Assembly: GCA_963744145.1 (NCBI GenBank)
Contig: CAVUSO010000001.1
Coordinates: 6,496,001 to 6,560,000, forward strand
Direction of reading: 5' to 3'
Length of the DNA: 64,000 nucleotides
DNA from: an uncultured cyanobacterium
GTDB lineage: Bacteria > Cyanobacteriota > Cyanobacteriia > Cyanobacteriales > CAWUOF01
Shown: positions 1 to 10,644 of the stretch, piece by piece
Layout of the letters: each line of letters opens with the position of its first letter
Numbering within the stretch: the stretch's first letter is position 1
Program-made: the position numbers and the translations under genes
Notes under the pieces: generated by a model
Databases searched by the model: none
The model's input: the letters and a program-made list of their open reading frames with translations, nothing else
Told to the model about the DNA's origin: nothing

Positions 1-96
1 AAGGTAAAATAACACCATAGACTACCTAAATTCACCCTGATTGGTGAGTAGTAAATTTAGCATGGAACCGTTAAACAATCGAGGTTGTTTAACATT

Positions 97-260
97 CAAT
101 ACGGTTCAGTTCAGGATATTTTGGAGGATCTCGGCGAAGATGGGGCGAAGCATTCGGACATAGTATTAACGCCCTTCGACTACGCCCTTCGGCTACGCTC
201 AGGGTAAACTCAGGGTAAAGGTTTAAACAATTAATTGTCGCCCGAATGCTTCGCCCCTAC
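97..260. mobile_element. Partial MITE (left TIR only) carrying a REP-like hairpin and nested 24-nt repeats
   Basis: Starts CAATACGGTTCAGTTCAG, the same TIR as the complete MITE at 24169. Inverted repeat GGGGCGAAGCATTCGG...CCGAATGCTTCGCCCC. Homologous to 6833-6970. Confidence 0.75.
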
Positions 261-271
261 ATAAATGACCA

Positions 272-330
272 GGCTTTCTGTAGTCGAGTTGTTGTGATCC
301 CAAACTTCAACTCTCAGACTACTGAAAGCC
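272..330. terminator. Long hairpin downstream of tRNA-Leu, possible terminator
   Basis: GGCTTTC-GTAGTC-GAGTTG ... CAACTC-GACTAC-GAAAGCC interrupted inverted repeat. Confidence 0.45.
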
Positions 331-396
331 TATGTCATGTTAATTTCTACTTTGGGGCAACCAAAATCCGGCAATTGGCCGACAATTTAGGAAAAA

Positions 397-477
397 TGCG
401 GATGGCGAGACTCGAACTCGCAAGGCAAAGCCACACGCCCCTCAAACGTGCGCGTATACCAATTCCGCCACATCCGC
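397..477 (-). tRNA. trnL: tRNA-Leu(GAG)
   Basis: Reverse complement GCGGATGTGGCGGAATTGGTATACGCGCACGT-TT-GAG-GG-GCGTG...GTTCGAGTC...CATCCGCA; long variable arm; CCA not encoded. Confidence 0.96.
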
Positions 478-643
478 AGTTAAAGTCAAACGAAATATTC
501 CGAATGACTGACTATTATACAATAACACCATAAACAGGTTTTTATCTAGCTTTTTTAAAAAACTTTATCAGAAAGTTTCCCTTTCCCGCATGATAGGATT
601 AACTGCCGCTTACAAATAACTTTTTTGATGGAAAAACTAGGAA

Positions 644-1990
644 ATGGGTTTTTCTAAAATCTTGATTGCCAACCGAGGAGAAATCGCTCTGAGAATTCTC
701 CGCACCTGTGAGGAAATGGGCATTGCTACCATTGCCGTCCATTCTACGATTGACCGTCATGCGCTCCATGTCCAACTAGCTGACGAAGCTGTCTGTATTG
801 GAGAACCAGCCAGTAGCAAAAGCTATCTTAATATCCCTAACATTATTGCCGCAGCCCTGACTCGTAATGCTAGTGCTATTCATCCGGGCTATGGATTTTT
901 ATCGGAAAATGCTCGTTTTGCCGAAATCTGTGCGGATCATCATTTGACCTTTATTGGGCCAACTCCGGAAGCGATGCGGGCGATGGGAGATAAGTCCACT
1001 GCTAAAGAAACGATGAAAAAAGTGGGTGTACCGACGGTTCCTGGTAGCGATGGATTAATTACTGAAGAAAAAGAAGCGATCGCGATCGCGCGCAAAATTG
1101 GTTATCCTGTGATGATTAAAGCTACTGCTGGTGGTGGTGGTAGGGGGATGCGTTTAGTTCGAGCAGATCAGGACTTCAGCCAATTGTTTCAAGCAGCTCG
1201 GGGTGAAGCTGAAGCTGCTTTTGGTAATCCAGGGGTCTATCTGGAAAAATTTATTGAATCTCCCCGACATATCGAGTTCCAAATTCTGGCTGATAATTAC
1301 GGGAATGTGATTCATCTGGGGGAAAGAGATTGCTCGATTCAGCGTCGTCATCAAAAATTATTGGAGGAAGCCCCCAGTTTGGCGCTGACTCCCAAATTAC
1401 GGGCTAAAATGGGCGCAGCCGCAGTTACAGCCGCTAAAGCGATCAAATATACTGGAGCAGGAACGATCGAATTTCTGCTGGATCAATCAGGTCATTTCTA
1501 CTTTATGGAAATGAATACTCGGATTCAAGTCGAGCATCCTGTGACGGAAATGATCTCTGGGTTAGACCTAATTGCGGAACAAATCCGGATTGCTCAAGGT
1601 GAAAAACTGCAACTCCATCAAAACCAAGTAATTCTGAATGGTCATGCGATCGAATGTCGGATCAATGCTGAAGATCCCGATCGCAATTTCCGTCCTCATC
1701 CTGGACGTATTACTGGATTTTTACCTCCTGGTGGTCCAGGTGTCAGAATGGATTCCCATGTTTATACAGATTATGAGATTCCAGCTTACTATGACTCTCT
1801 GATTGGCAAATTAATTGTCTGGGGACCCGATCGACCATCGGCTATTAAACGGATGAAAAGAGCGCTGCGGGAATGTGCGATTACTGGATTACCGACTACA
1901 ATTGCTTTCCATCAAAAAATCCTTGAAAACCCAGCTTTTTTAAGTGGTGAAGTATATACCAATTTTGTCGAGCAAATCACTCAAGGTTAA
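644..1990 (+). CDS. accC: Acetyl-CoA carboxylase biotin carboxylase subunit
   Basis: [50 protein letters not shown] motifs. Confidence 0.97.
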   Translation: MGFSKILIANRGEIALRILRTCEEMGIATIAVHSTIDRHALHVQLADEAVCIGEPASSKSYLNIPNIIAAALTRNASAIHPGYGFLSENARFAEICADHHLTFIGPTPEAMRAMGDKSTAKETMKKVGVPTVPGSDGLITEEKEAIAIARKIGYPVMIKATAGGGGRGMRLVRADQDFSQLFQAARGEAEAAFGNPGVYLEKFIESPRHIEFQILADNYGNVIHLGERDCSIQRRHQKLLEEAPSLALTPKLRAKMGAAAVTAAKAIKYTGAGTIEFLLDQSGHFYFMEMNTRIQVEHPVTEMISGLDLIAEQIRIAQGEKLQLHQNQVILNGHAIECRINAEDPDRNFRPHPGRITGFLPPGGPGVRMDSHVYTDYEIPAYYDSLIGKLIVWGPDRPSAIKRMKRALRECAITGLPTTIAFHQKILENPAFLSGEVYTNFVEQITQG

Positions 1991-1993
1991 GAA

Positions 1994-2245
1994 ATGAACA
2001 TAGTGAAAGAGTTTATGAATACTTCATCAGATGTGTTGAGTATATTAGAGCGTGACCTAAATAAAGTCAGCGGTGCATTGGTTTTCCGAGGAACCCGTGT
2101 ACCTGTGGCTGCTTTTTTTGAGAACCTCAAAGACGGAGCTTCCATTGATCAGTTTCTTGAATGGTTTCCTGGAGTAACGCGATTGCAAGTGGAGACGCTC
2201 TTAGACTACGAACTTGCTACCTTGACCAAAGCAGTCCCAAAATGA
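1994..2245 (+). CDS. DUF433-family antitoxin
   Basis: SGALVFRGTRVPV...LKDGASIDQFLEWFP; stop overlaps the next start (ATGA). Confidence 0.88.
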   Translation: MNIVKEFMNTSSDVLSILERDLNKVSGALVFRGTRVPVAAFFENLKDGASIDQFLEWFPGVTRLQVETLLDYELATLTKAVPK

Positions 2246-2560
2246 AAATTCTTTTCGATCAAGGTACACCTGTTCCTCTACGACGATATTTATCAGGACA
2301 TACAGTAGACACAGCTTATGAGCGTGGATGGTCAGAGCTTTCCAATGGTGATTTGCTGACAACAGCTGAAAGCGAAAACTATGATCTTTTGATTACGACC
2401 GATCAAAACCTCCGCTATCAGCAAAATTTTGTCGGTCGTCAAATCGCCATTGTAGTTTTGCTTTCTACATCATGGTCCTCGTCTCCAGCAGCAGACTGAT
2501 CAGATCCAAATTGTAGTTGATCATATTCAAGCAGGCGAATATCAGGAAATTGCTATATGA
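2242..2560 (+). pseudogene. DUF5615/VapC45-type PIN-like toxin with a +1 frameshift near 2476
   Basis: MKILFDQGTP...LITTDQNLRYQQN; removing one T at ~2476 restores WPRLQQQTDQIQIVVDHIQAGEYQEIAI* ending 2560. Confidence 0.8.
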
Positions 2561-2598
2561 TGCAAGCAGGTTAACAAAGTCTCTAGGAAGCTCGGTCA

Positions 2599-2685
2599 TC
2601 ACAACAAGGTGTTAGAGCTGACGAACTGCCCTTAGCCCGACGATGAGACCTAAGTGTTGTTCCCAGCTCAACTCCGCTATTAGTT
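2599..2685 (+). mobile_element. Degenerate attC-like integron cassette recombination site
   Basis: ..CAAC-5nt-GTTaGAGCTGAC...CAGCTCAAC-6nt-ATTAGTT; inner arms GAAC/GTTC and CTTAG/CTAAG. Confidence 0.65.
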
Positions 2686-2709
2686 GGCAACCTGCTGGCA
2701 ACCCTGAGT

Positions 2710-5451
2710 TTATCCTAATTCAATCTCCGCTTTAATCAGATTCTGATCAATGGAAGTAAGCTGAAAATCGAATTTTTTGCACAGTTTCTGCATTTCAATA
2801 TTTTCCGTCAGCATATAAGCAGTAATCCGGCTGAGTTTTTCTACATGACCAATATCCAAAATTTGCCGCAGGATTTCCGTACCTAAACCGCGACGTTGGA
2901 AGGAATCCCTCACAATCACACTACATTCACCTTCATTATTACCTTGTAATTTACTGAGACTACCAAAACCAATAACTTGGTGTTCACCAGTTTGCGGGTC
3001 TTTATAGTCAACCACCAGCGCCATTTCCCGATCGTAATCGATAAAGCAAATCCGCGTCAGTCGTTCATGAGCAACGCGATGAGCAAAGTCCATTTCATGG
3101 AAATAGCGAAAATAAACGCTGCGATCGCTTAAATTTTCATGCAGTTTCACAAGTAACGGTTCATCTTCAGGACGAATGGGACGGATTGTTACCTCGGTGT
3201 GATCTTCCATTACAAAAGTAGAAATGTGCTGACTAGGATAAGGTCGAACTGCTGGAGTTGGTAACTGATTTTCAGTTAAATCTAAATCATGTAAAACGAC
3301 CCTTGCATCTAAAGCTACTAACTGTTCTGGGGACGCAAGTAAAGGATTAATATCTGTTTCCTTAATCCACCGTTGTTCAATCACCAACTGACTAAATCTG
3401 ACCAACAACAGCTCTAAAGCTTCCAGATCTACAGGTAAACGTCCTCGTACTCCCTTCAGCGCATGATAGATTTTGGTTTGTTCCATCATCCGTCGGGCTA
3501 AGGTAGTATTCAGGGGAGGTAAAGCGAGGGAACGATCTTTAAATACCTCTACTAATTGACCACCAGTACCAAACAACAACACCGGACCAAACTGAGGATC
3601 AATACTACTACCCAAAATTAATTCGTATCCTTCTAGCTTGATCATCTTTTGAACAGTAACACCTAAGAAATGTTCTGCGCCAACTTTTTCTGTCACTGAT
3701 GTTTCGATCGCCCGATAAGCTTCAGCTACCCCATCAGCATCGATCAAATTCAACTTTACTCCTCCCACATCAGTTTTGTGAGTAATTGTTTCGGAATAAA
3801 GCTTAAGTACGATCGGATAACCAATCTCCTGAGCGTGTTTAACTGCTTCAGAGGAGCTAGTAGCTAATCGAGTTTCTACAACGGGAATCCCATAAGCAGC
3901 AAACAATTGTTTAGATTCAAATTCTGTCAGTAAAGTTCTCCCAGCATCTCTTGCTGCTTTGATAATCTTCTCAGCAATGGCGCGAGGAGGAGTATCATCA
4001 TCTACATCTTTTGGTAATGTTGGTGTTTCATACAGACCGCGCAAATTGTAGGTATAACGCCACATATAGTAGAATAAGCGAGCGGCTGTATCTGGGTAGG
4101 GAAAAGCCGGAATTCCAGCATGATTGAGAATATCAGCACCCGCAGCTACATCTTCTCCTCCCATCCAACTAGCTAAAATTGGTTTACCTTTAACCTGAGC
4201 ATAGTTTTTAATTTGTTCTGCTGTTGCGGTCGGATCACTCATTGCTTGTGGGGTCAAAATCACTAATAATCCATCACTCTCAGGATCATTAGCAACTACT
4301 TCCAAGGTTTTAGCATAGCGGATGGGTTCTGCATCTCCCAAAATATCGACTGGATTGGAATGACTCCAATGGGTTGGTAAAAATTGGTTAAGTTTAGCGA
4401 TCGTCTCTGGGGATATTTCCGCTAGTTCACCTCCTTCAGTAATTAAAGCATCTGTAGCAATTACCCCTGGACCACCAGCATTAGTCACAATGGTCAACCT
4501 TGGTCCTTGGGGACGTGGTTGTTTGGCTAATACTTCTGCCATAAAGAATAAATAAGAAATATTGTTGACACGCAATACTCCTGTCCGACGGAAAGCTGCG
4601 TCTAGCACTCCATCACTACCTGTCAGCGCACCAGTATGTGATGCGGCTGCTTTGGCGGCTGCTTCTGTATGTCCAACTTTAATCACGATAATTGGTTTAG
4701 TTAAAGCTACTTCCCTAGCAGCAGAAAGGAAGGAGCGAGCATTACCAATTGATTCCATGTAGATGACGATACTTTTAGTGTTGGGATCGTTTCCCAAATA
4801 ATAAATTAAATCTCCCCAGCCTACATCTAGCATGGAACCGATGGAAACAAAGGCGCTAAAGCCAACATTTTCGCGAAAACTCCAGTCCAGAATTGCTGTA
4901 CATAGAGCACCACTTTGACTGATAAATCCCACATTACCAGGATGTGCCATCTTGCTGGCAAAGGTAGCGTTTAGTCCAGTAATCGGACTCATTACTCCTA
5001 AACAATTAGGACCAATGATTCGCATTCCTCCTTGATGTGCTTGTTCTAAGATTTGTCTTTCTAATTCCAGTCCCGGAGCTCCAATTTCTTTGAATCCAGC
5101 GGAAATAATGATGGCTCCTTTTACTCCTACGTCTATACATTCTTTAATTACTGCTGGTACACCAGGAGCTGGGATAACAATAATGGCAAGATCGATTTTT
5201 TCAGATATGGCTGTAATATTTGGATAAGTTTTGATTCCCAACACACTCGAACGTTTCGGATTGATGGGAAATATAGTTCCACCAAAAGGACTACTGAGTA
5301 AGTTCCAGAGAATAGTACGTCCGACACTGCCCTCTTTTTCTGTAGCTCCAATTAGGGCAACGTTTTTCGGTTTGAAAATTGCATCGAGAGATTGACGCGT
5401 GGATTGTTTAATATTACTAACAGCGTCTGGTCTGGGTGTAATAGTATACAT
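2710..5451 (-). CDS. Bifunctional NDP-forming acyl-CoA ligase-like / GNAT acetyltransferase (Pat/PatZ type)
   Basis: [31 protein letters not shown]-grasp HKTDVGGV, C-terminal GNAT ([14 protein letters not shown]). Confidence 0.93.
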   Translation of the reverse strand: MYTITPRPDAVSNIKQSTRQSLDAIFKPKNVALIGATEKEGSVGRTILWNLLSSPFGGTIFPINPKRSSVLGIKTYPNITAISEKIDLAIIVIPAPGVPAVIKECIDVGVKGAIIISAGFKEIGAPGLELERQILEQAHQGGMRIIGPNCLGVMSPITGLNATFASKMAHPGNVGFISQSGALCTAILDWSFRENVGFSAFVSIGSMLDVGWGDLIYYLGNDPNTKSIVIYMESIGNARSFLSAAREVALTKPIIVIKVGHTEAAAKAAASHTGALTGSDGVLDAAFRRTGVLRVNNISYLFFMAEVLAKQPRPQGPRLTIVTNAGGPGVIATDALITEGGELAEISPETIAKLNQFLPTHWSHSNPVDILGDAEPIRYAKTLEVVANDPESDGLLVILTPQAMSDPTATAEQIKNYAQVKGKPILASWMGGEDVAAGADILNHAGIPAFPYPDTAARLFYYMWRYTYNLRGLYETPTLPKDVDDDTPPRAIAEKIIKAARDAGRTLLTEFESKQLFAAYGIPVVETRLATSSSEAVKHAQEIGYPIVLKLYSETITHKTDVGGVKLNLIDADGVAEAYRAIETSVTEKVGAEHFLGVTVQKMIKLEGYELILGSSIDPQFGPVLLFGTGGQLVEVFKDRSLALPPLNTTLARRMMEQTKIYHALKGVRGRLPVDLEALELLLVRFSQLVIEQRWIKETDINPLLASPEQLVALDARVVLHDLDLTENQLPTPAVRPYPSQHISTFVMEDHTEVTIRPIRPEDEPLLVKLHENLSDRSVYFRYFHEMDFAHRVAHERLTRICFIDYDREMALVVDYKDPQTGEHQVIGFGSLSKLQGNNEGECSVIVRDSFQRRGLGTEILRQILDIGHVEKLSRITAYMLTENIEMQKLCKKFDFQLTSIDQNLIKAEIELG

Positions 5452-6152
5452 GGATTTACCTATTGATCCTAAACAGACAAAATTTAGGTTTTACCCTTTT
5501 TAAGTCTAATGGTAATTTACCTGAATTAACCCAAAAAATGATGGTTTTGTGAAAATTTACTTTTTTTTAATATCTTTAGATTCTGACTCAGCGCTTAGTT
5601 ACTAGATAGGTTAACGTTTCTCTAAGAAAAAAATTAACTTGATCTTAATTTATAAATTCTTTATAATTTGGAGATAAGAAATTAGGTTACGATTTTTAAA
5701 CAAAATATCCAGAAAAGCTCAAATTATCTAGATATTTATGAGAGAATGCTCACAATTCAGTCATTTTCTGAAAATATCGATATTGGTAAATGGTAAATCG
5801 GAGGATTAATGAGTGTATTCTTGATCTTGAAAAGCAGATATTAATTATTCATTAATCTATTTTTGATGGTATAATTTTTCGTTTAAACTGATCGTGAAAA
5901 TGCTAGTTTTGGTATTATTTAATCGTGATAGCAATGAGTTTTTGCTGGTTGTTCGTTCCCCAGGTAAACCAAATAAGTTAACCAGATTCGAGCTAATCTG
6001 AGACTAGAGCCGATCGCGCTTAGTCCCCAGTCAGGTGATCCCAATCGGTCGGTTACTCATGGGGCTTCGGTCTGCCATAGATATCAGTGAAGTTTTACAA
6101 TAACTGGAAACAAAGCTCATTTTCTGTTTGAAATCTTCTAGGGTTCGGTTTT

Positions 6153-6794
6153 ATGACATCCTATGCAACCTCTAATGCTAAAGCCGAGATGGCTGAACTA
6201 AGACGCTTAAAAGGTTTACTACCACCAGAACTCCAAAGTTGGGTGACAGTAGAAAAAACCACAGAAATCAATCCACCACTGATCCGCTCTGAAGAAATCG
6301 GTAAAGATCAGGTGGAAATTCAAGTTGACCTCATTCGCTGGGAGCAGCTAGCGATGGATCAGCGCAATTTGCTCTTTTGGCATGAAGTAGCCAGGGTGCA
6401 AAATGATACCATTACTCGAGAAGGTTGGGAAATGGCAGCTCTGGCGATCGGTTTAGGTGGTGCGGTGGGTGAACTTTGGGTCCAAGATGTGTTACTCCTC
6501 TTACTAGCACTGGGACTCTGTGGAGCTGCGGGTTGGAGACTTTACCAGAAAAATAATGGTGAGCGAGTCTTCCGAGAAGCTACTGAAGCTGACGATAAAG
6601 CGATCGCCCTAGCGACTCGGTTTGGTTATTCCATCCCCAATGCTTATAAAAGTTTAGCGAGTGCGTTGAAAACTTTAATCGATCAAACTCCGGGACGACG
6701 GTTGCGATCGCGATATGAAGCGCGTTTACAAGCTCTTAAACGCAGTGCTGCGAAAGCTAAAAGTAAGCTAAAAGGTCCCCAAGCTGAATTCTAA
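6153..6794 (+). CDS. DUF3318-family conserved cyanobacterial membrane protein
   Basis: ELRRLKGLLPPELQSW, QRNLLFWHEVAR. Confidence 0.8.
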   Translation: MTSYATSNAKAEMAELRRLKGLLPPELQSWVTVEKTTEINPPLIRSEEIGKDQVEIQVDLIRWEQLAMDQRNLLFWHEVARVQNDTITREGWEMAALAIGLGGAVGELWVQDVLLLLLALGLCGAAGWRLYQKNNGERVFREATEADDKAIALATRFGYSIPNAYKSLASALKTLIDQTPGRRLRSRYEARLQALKRSAAKAKSKLKGPQAEF

Positions 6795-6832
6795 AATTAT
6801 TTGCTGTGAGCCAAAATAACTAGGACAGCTCT

Positions 6833-6970
6833 CAATACAGTTCAGTTAAGAGTATTTTGGAGATCCGGGCAAATCAGGGCGAAGCATTCGGATCTAATAT
6901 TAGCAGCCCTTCGACTCCGCTCAGGGTAAAATTTAAGCGCTTAATTGTCGCCCGAATGCTTCGCCCCTAC
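6833..6970. mobile_element. Partial MITE with REP-like hairpin and one 24-nt small repeat
   Basis: CAATACAGTTCAGTTAAG left end; GGGCGAAGCATTCGG...CCGAATGCTTCGCCCCTAC; paralog of 97-260. Confidence 0.75.
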
Positions 6971-6979
6971 ACTAATCAT

Positions 6980-7756
6980 CTACAATTGTCCAATCATTTT
7001 ATGAGTTTGGGGTATAACTCGAACTTGCTTGAGCCAACGTTTCATTAAAGCTTGCCACATTAATACTTGTTCAGGGGTCGGAGCTTGAGTACCAGAGTTG
7101 ATCGGTGTGATTGGCTGCAAAAATAGGGGAATACTAGGGCTACAATCTGCTACTAACTGAGCTGCTATTTCTAATTCGATCAGATTGGTTTGCTGTGCAA
7201 CAATTACCTTGACAAAAACTTCAAGTTGTGCATCAAAACAGATTTTTAAAAAATCTCGATGTTCCGACCAGCAGCTTTCCCCACTGACACTTGGCAATTT
7301 AATATCCATTCCCACTGAATCCAAGTATGGTAAAATCATCGCTAATTGCTCAGGACGATGACCTCCGGTTTCTAAATAAATTGGTAATCTGCTAGATTGG
7401 CGTAATTGTGGTAAAAATTCGACTAGAAATGGAGCATGGAGCAGGGGTTCACCACCTGTTAGACTAATGCTATCATGTAAACCAGGTTGATTTTGGTGAT
7501 CTACCCATTCTAATAATTGCTCAAGCTCGACTGGATTGGAGTAGGTTTGAAAATTACGTTTTCCCGGTGTTTGTTCAATTTGACAAGTGGATGGTACATT
7601 CCAAGTATGGGAACTATCACAAAAATGACAGCGTAAATCGCATAGAGCAAAACGAATAAAAATTTGTCTTGTACCGATGTTCAGTCCTTCCCCTTGGATT
7701 GCGGAAAAAAGTTCAATTAATTTAGCTTTAGGGGAGGGAATATTTAGTGCTACCAT
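6980..7756 (-). CDS. queE: 7-carboxy-7-deazaguanine synthase (radical SAM)
   Basis: ELFSAIQGEG, CDLRCHFCD, TGGEPL, IPQTHK. Confidence 0.92.
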   Translation of the reverse strand: MVALNIPSPKAKLIELFSAIQGEGLNIGTRQIFIRFALCDLRCHFCDSSHTWNVPSTCQIEQTPGKRNFQTYSNPVELEQLLEWVDHQNQPGLHDSISLTGGEPLLHAPFLVEFLPQLRQSSRLPIYLETGGHRPEQLAMILPYLDSVGMDIKLPSVSGESCWSEHRDFLKICFDAQLEVFVKVIVAQQTNLIELEIAAQLVADCSPSIPLFLQPITPINSGTQAPTPEQVLMWQALMKRWLKQVRVIPQTHKMIGQL

Positions 7757-7813
7757 ATTTTTAGAGATGTTAGGTGTTAGGTGTCAGAAAATAAGCTTCC
7801 TGACACCGATCAA

Positions 7814-8575
7814 TTAAGATAGTTTTATTTCCATCCGCTCACCTGGTACAGCTTCTATTACTTGGGTAGAAAGCTGATTTTTAGCGAGTTGCGATCGCAG
7901 CTCTTCGATGTTTCCGACTGCTTTGAGTAACGAAAGTAACAATCCTTCAAATAATATATCTCCTCCTGCTGCTGTTGGTAAGATGACTTGAGGTTTGACC
8001 AATTTGGCTAAGTCTACAGCACTTTGACTACCTTTGATTACTGGTCCAATTAAAGGTAATACTAGGTCAATAATGGGAGTAATTACTAAATCTATGGGTG
8101 CAAATTCTTTGAGGATCGGATCATGGAAACCATGGGGTTCATAGTATAAACTTTTTCCACTGCTTTGATCTTTGAGTAGATAACCATTTTCTACCAAATT
8201 TACCCCAACGGTAGATCCTGGTAAAGCTTTAATTTCCACGCTTTGATTCAAAGTAAAACTTTCACCATGAGCTAGTGCTGATACTTGGGTAAAGCCTAAT
8301 TCTCGCACTATTTTAGCAGCATTGACCGAAGCTACTACTCGAGTTGAACGATTAATTTGTTTGAGGGTGGGGGGATGGGTATGGTCTTCTAATCCCTGGG
8401 AGAGTAAGATCAGGTCAATCTGATCGGGAATCGCGCGATCGCTAAGTCTTGAACCTTTAAATAACCAGGGTAGATTACCAAAAACTAACGGTCCAATTAA
8501 CCAAGGATCTAAGAGTATACGTTGATGGTTAATTTCGATTAACCAGCTATTACTATCCAACCAAGTGAGGTACAT
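7814..8575 (-). CDS. MBL-fold metallo-hydrolase
   Basis: ILLDPWL, LSQGLEDHTH, YYEPHG. Confidence 0.85.
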   Translation of the reverse strand: MYLTWLDSNSWLIEINHQRILLDPWLIGPLVFGNLPWLFKGSRLSDRAIPDQIDLILLSQGLEDHTHPPTLKQINRSTRVVASVNAAKIVRELGFTQVSALAHGESFTLNQSVEIKALPGSTVGVNLVENGYLLKDQSSGKSLYYEPHGFHDPILKEFAPIDLVITPIIDLVLPLIGPVIKGSQSAVDLAKLVKPQVILPTAAGGDILFEGLLLSLLKAVGNIEELRSQLAKNQLSTQVIEAVPGERMEIKLS

Positions 8576-8588
8576 ATTGTCTGATTAG

Positions 8589-9515
8589 TTATTTTTCCGT
8601 TAGTTGAGCTGATCTTCCCTTTAATACCGACCAAGTCAGAGCTTTGGAAGGAGGGAGTTTAGTACCGAGTTGGGTGTCGCGGATTTGAAAATGTAAATGG
8701 GGTCCGGTACTCATTCCTGATGTACCTGTTTTGGCGATAATTTCTCCCGCTTTTACCTTAATTATAGCACCATTAGTCGGCGCTCTGCACCAGGATAAGT
8801 GTAAAGCGTCAAATAGTTTGGAGGGATAGAGTGGAGAAGTCATTGTTGCGACGAGTCCCCCTCCTCCCCCATCGATCCAGCAATTCAAAGTGATGGTATT
8901 TCCTGGTTCTCCGATCGCATAAATAGGAGTGCTTAAGGGAGTTGCTAAATCTACTCCACCATGAAATTGAGCTTCACCAGTGACCGGATTAATCCGATTA
9001 CCAAATGGTGAAGTTACGGGATAACCAGCAATTGTTTCACCAATTTTTGGGCTACTTTTCAGATTAGCAATTTCTGGTTTTGGCTCGATTTTAAATGTTG
9101 GTTTTGGGTGAGGTTGATTTGGTCTAGCTTTGGGGACATTTGGGGCAGAATCTGCGTCAGAAAAAGGAGTAAAATTTAATTCCCCATCTGGATAATTTGG
9201 TTGATTTGGTTGCAGCGATCGGCTAATTTGATCAGCTACTTTTTGATCTACTACGGTTGGAGTAGAGACATCCGAACTAGGGGTAAAAGTTAGGACTATG
9301 GGAGGATCGGGAGAATTAGCGATCGCTGGTTTGGTAATTTCCCTGTGAGGGTGATAATTTTTCCGATCAACCTTGGGGATGTCAAAATTCAAAATATCTT
9401 CCCCAGCTAATGCTAGATGATTTGGCACTAATAATAGCATTAACCAACTGATCATTAATCTAACTATAGTTAAAATTTTCATATTTTCCTCAACTTTTTC
9501 GAGGTAGCGATTCAT
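8589..9515 (-). CDS. Secreted M23-family metallopeptidase
   Basis: Signal-like N-terminus; VTSPFG, HGGVD (HxxxD), STGPHLHF. Confidence 0.88.
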   Translation of the reverse strand: MNRYLEKVEENMKILTIVRLMISWLMLLLVPNHLALAGEDILNFDIPKVDRKNYHPHREITKPAIANSPDPPIVLTFTPSSDVSTPTVVDQKVADQISRSLQPNQPNYPDGELNFTPFSDADSAPNVPKARPNQPHPKPTFKIEPKPEIANLKSSPKIGETIAGYPVTSPFGNRINPVTGEAQFHGGVDLATPLSTPIYAIGEPGNTITLNCWIDGGGGGLVATMTSPLYPSKLFDALHLSWCRAPTNGAIIKVKAGEIIAKTGTSGMSTGPHLHFQIRDTQLGTKLPPSKALTWSVLKGRSAQLTEK

Positions 9516-9540
9516 AGAAATTATCTATGAATCGCATTAA

Positions 9541-10017
9541 CTATTGTTGCAACATTTGCTCAATAATTTTCTTAGATGGTTCAACTAACGCCCAGCGACC
9601 ATTAGGTTGTTTGTTCAACAAAGCTAACTGTAATTCATCACCATAACCAATAATTTGTCCAGCACGTCTCAGACCAATTCTCGGATGGTTTAGTCCACAA
9701 AGACGAAATAGATAAATTGGTAATTCATCACTGGCAAAAATTACACATCCAGCTTTATAACGTTGTACTTTTCCTGGAATGGGGGCATAAATATTATCTC
9801 CATCTAAGGAAATAGAGATATCACCTAAACCACCTTTGACTTGGTGATTAGCGATCGTATCTCCTGGTTGTAGCTCCCAGTTTTGATATAGTTCCAACTC
9901 TCTCGTAGACTCTCCTACTGGTTGTTTAGTACAACTAACAATTAGTAGCAGTAATAGTATTATATTGGCGATTTTAATTGTGTTTAAAGCCATATCCCAC
10001 ATAACTTTTGCCCTCAT
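9541..10017 (-). CDS. Hypothetical lipoprotein, probably co-transcribed with the M23 gene (real start likely ~9994)
   Basis: Hydrophobic stretch plus LIVSC lipobox-like motif. Confidence 0.65.
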   Translation of the reverse strand: MRAKVMWDMALNTIKIANIILLLLLIVSCTKQPVGESTRELELYQNWELQPGDTIANHQVKGGLGDISISLDGDNIYAPIPGKVQRYKAGCVIFASDELPIYLFRLCGLNHPRIGLRRAGQIIGYGDELQLALLNKQPNGRWALVEPSKKIIEQMLQQ

Positions 10018-10381
10018 AAAGAACGATTAATGATGTTTGGGGATCGAATGCTAAAGGATAAACATCGCGTTCAGTTTTCGCACCTGTACGGATGCTTAAA
10101 CTTGGTAATTGACAGTAAGGTTGTTTGAGAATTTCTTGGACAATATTACGCTGACTACGTTCTGGTATGCTTAACAATTTTGCTAGCTGCTCACGGGAAA
10201 TTGTCGCTTTAGGTTGGACAATTTTTTCACAACCTAATCGTTGGTCTGTTGTCTCCTGATTTTGCAGATTTAACTGAAGTTTTGATAGCAAGGTCAGTAG
10301 GGTAATAATACAGGTCGCAGCTAATAAATATTGGAGCCATACCGATGCTTGTTCCTGAAGTCGTTTAATCATTTTTTGCAC
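9974..10381 (-). CDS. Hypothetical membrane-anchored protein
   Basis: One TM segment; C-terminal YPLAFDPQT..VLYEG..Y.GY. Confidence 0.65.
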   Translation of the reverse strand: MQKMIKRLQEQASVWLQYLLAATCIITLLTLLSKLQLNLQNQETTDQRLGCEKIVQPKATISREQLAKLLSIPERSQRNIVQEILKQPYCQLPSLSIRTGAKTERDVYPLAFDPQTSLIVLYEGKSYVGYGFKHN

Positions 10382-10644
10382 CTCGATGAAGTTGTTAAAT
10401 AGAAAAAATTATCCATCTATGGGTATTAATATTTATCCATACTCTTAGAACAGTATAACAACAGTTGACTTTTACGTCAAGTCTAAATTGAAAATATTTT
10501 TCAGTTTCTAGAAAAGTAACTGGTAAGATAAAGGAGAGCGAAATTTTGGGGTGGGATAGATTAGTTGTAGAGATAACCGTACTGGGATGAGAGCGATCGC
10601 ATCACCAGTAGGATTAGCATCTGGGTGAGCAAATATTTTCGCTC

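Noticed and set aside
246..533. 95-aa ORF
   Set aside because: Overlaps a REP hairpin and the antisense of tRNA-Leu.
2161..2241. Upstream start for the PIN toxin
   Set aside because: The family N-terminus (MKILFD) and ATGA coupling place the start at 2242.
6857..7048. 63-aa ORF, and likewise 28336-28630
   Set aside because: Translations of MITE/REP sequence.
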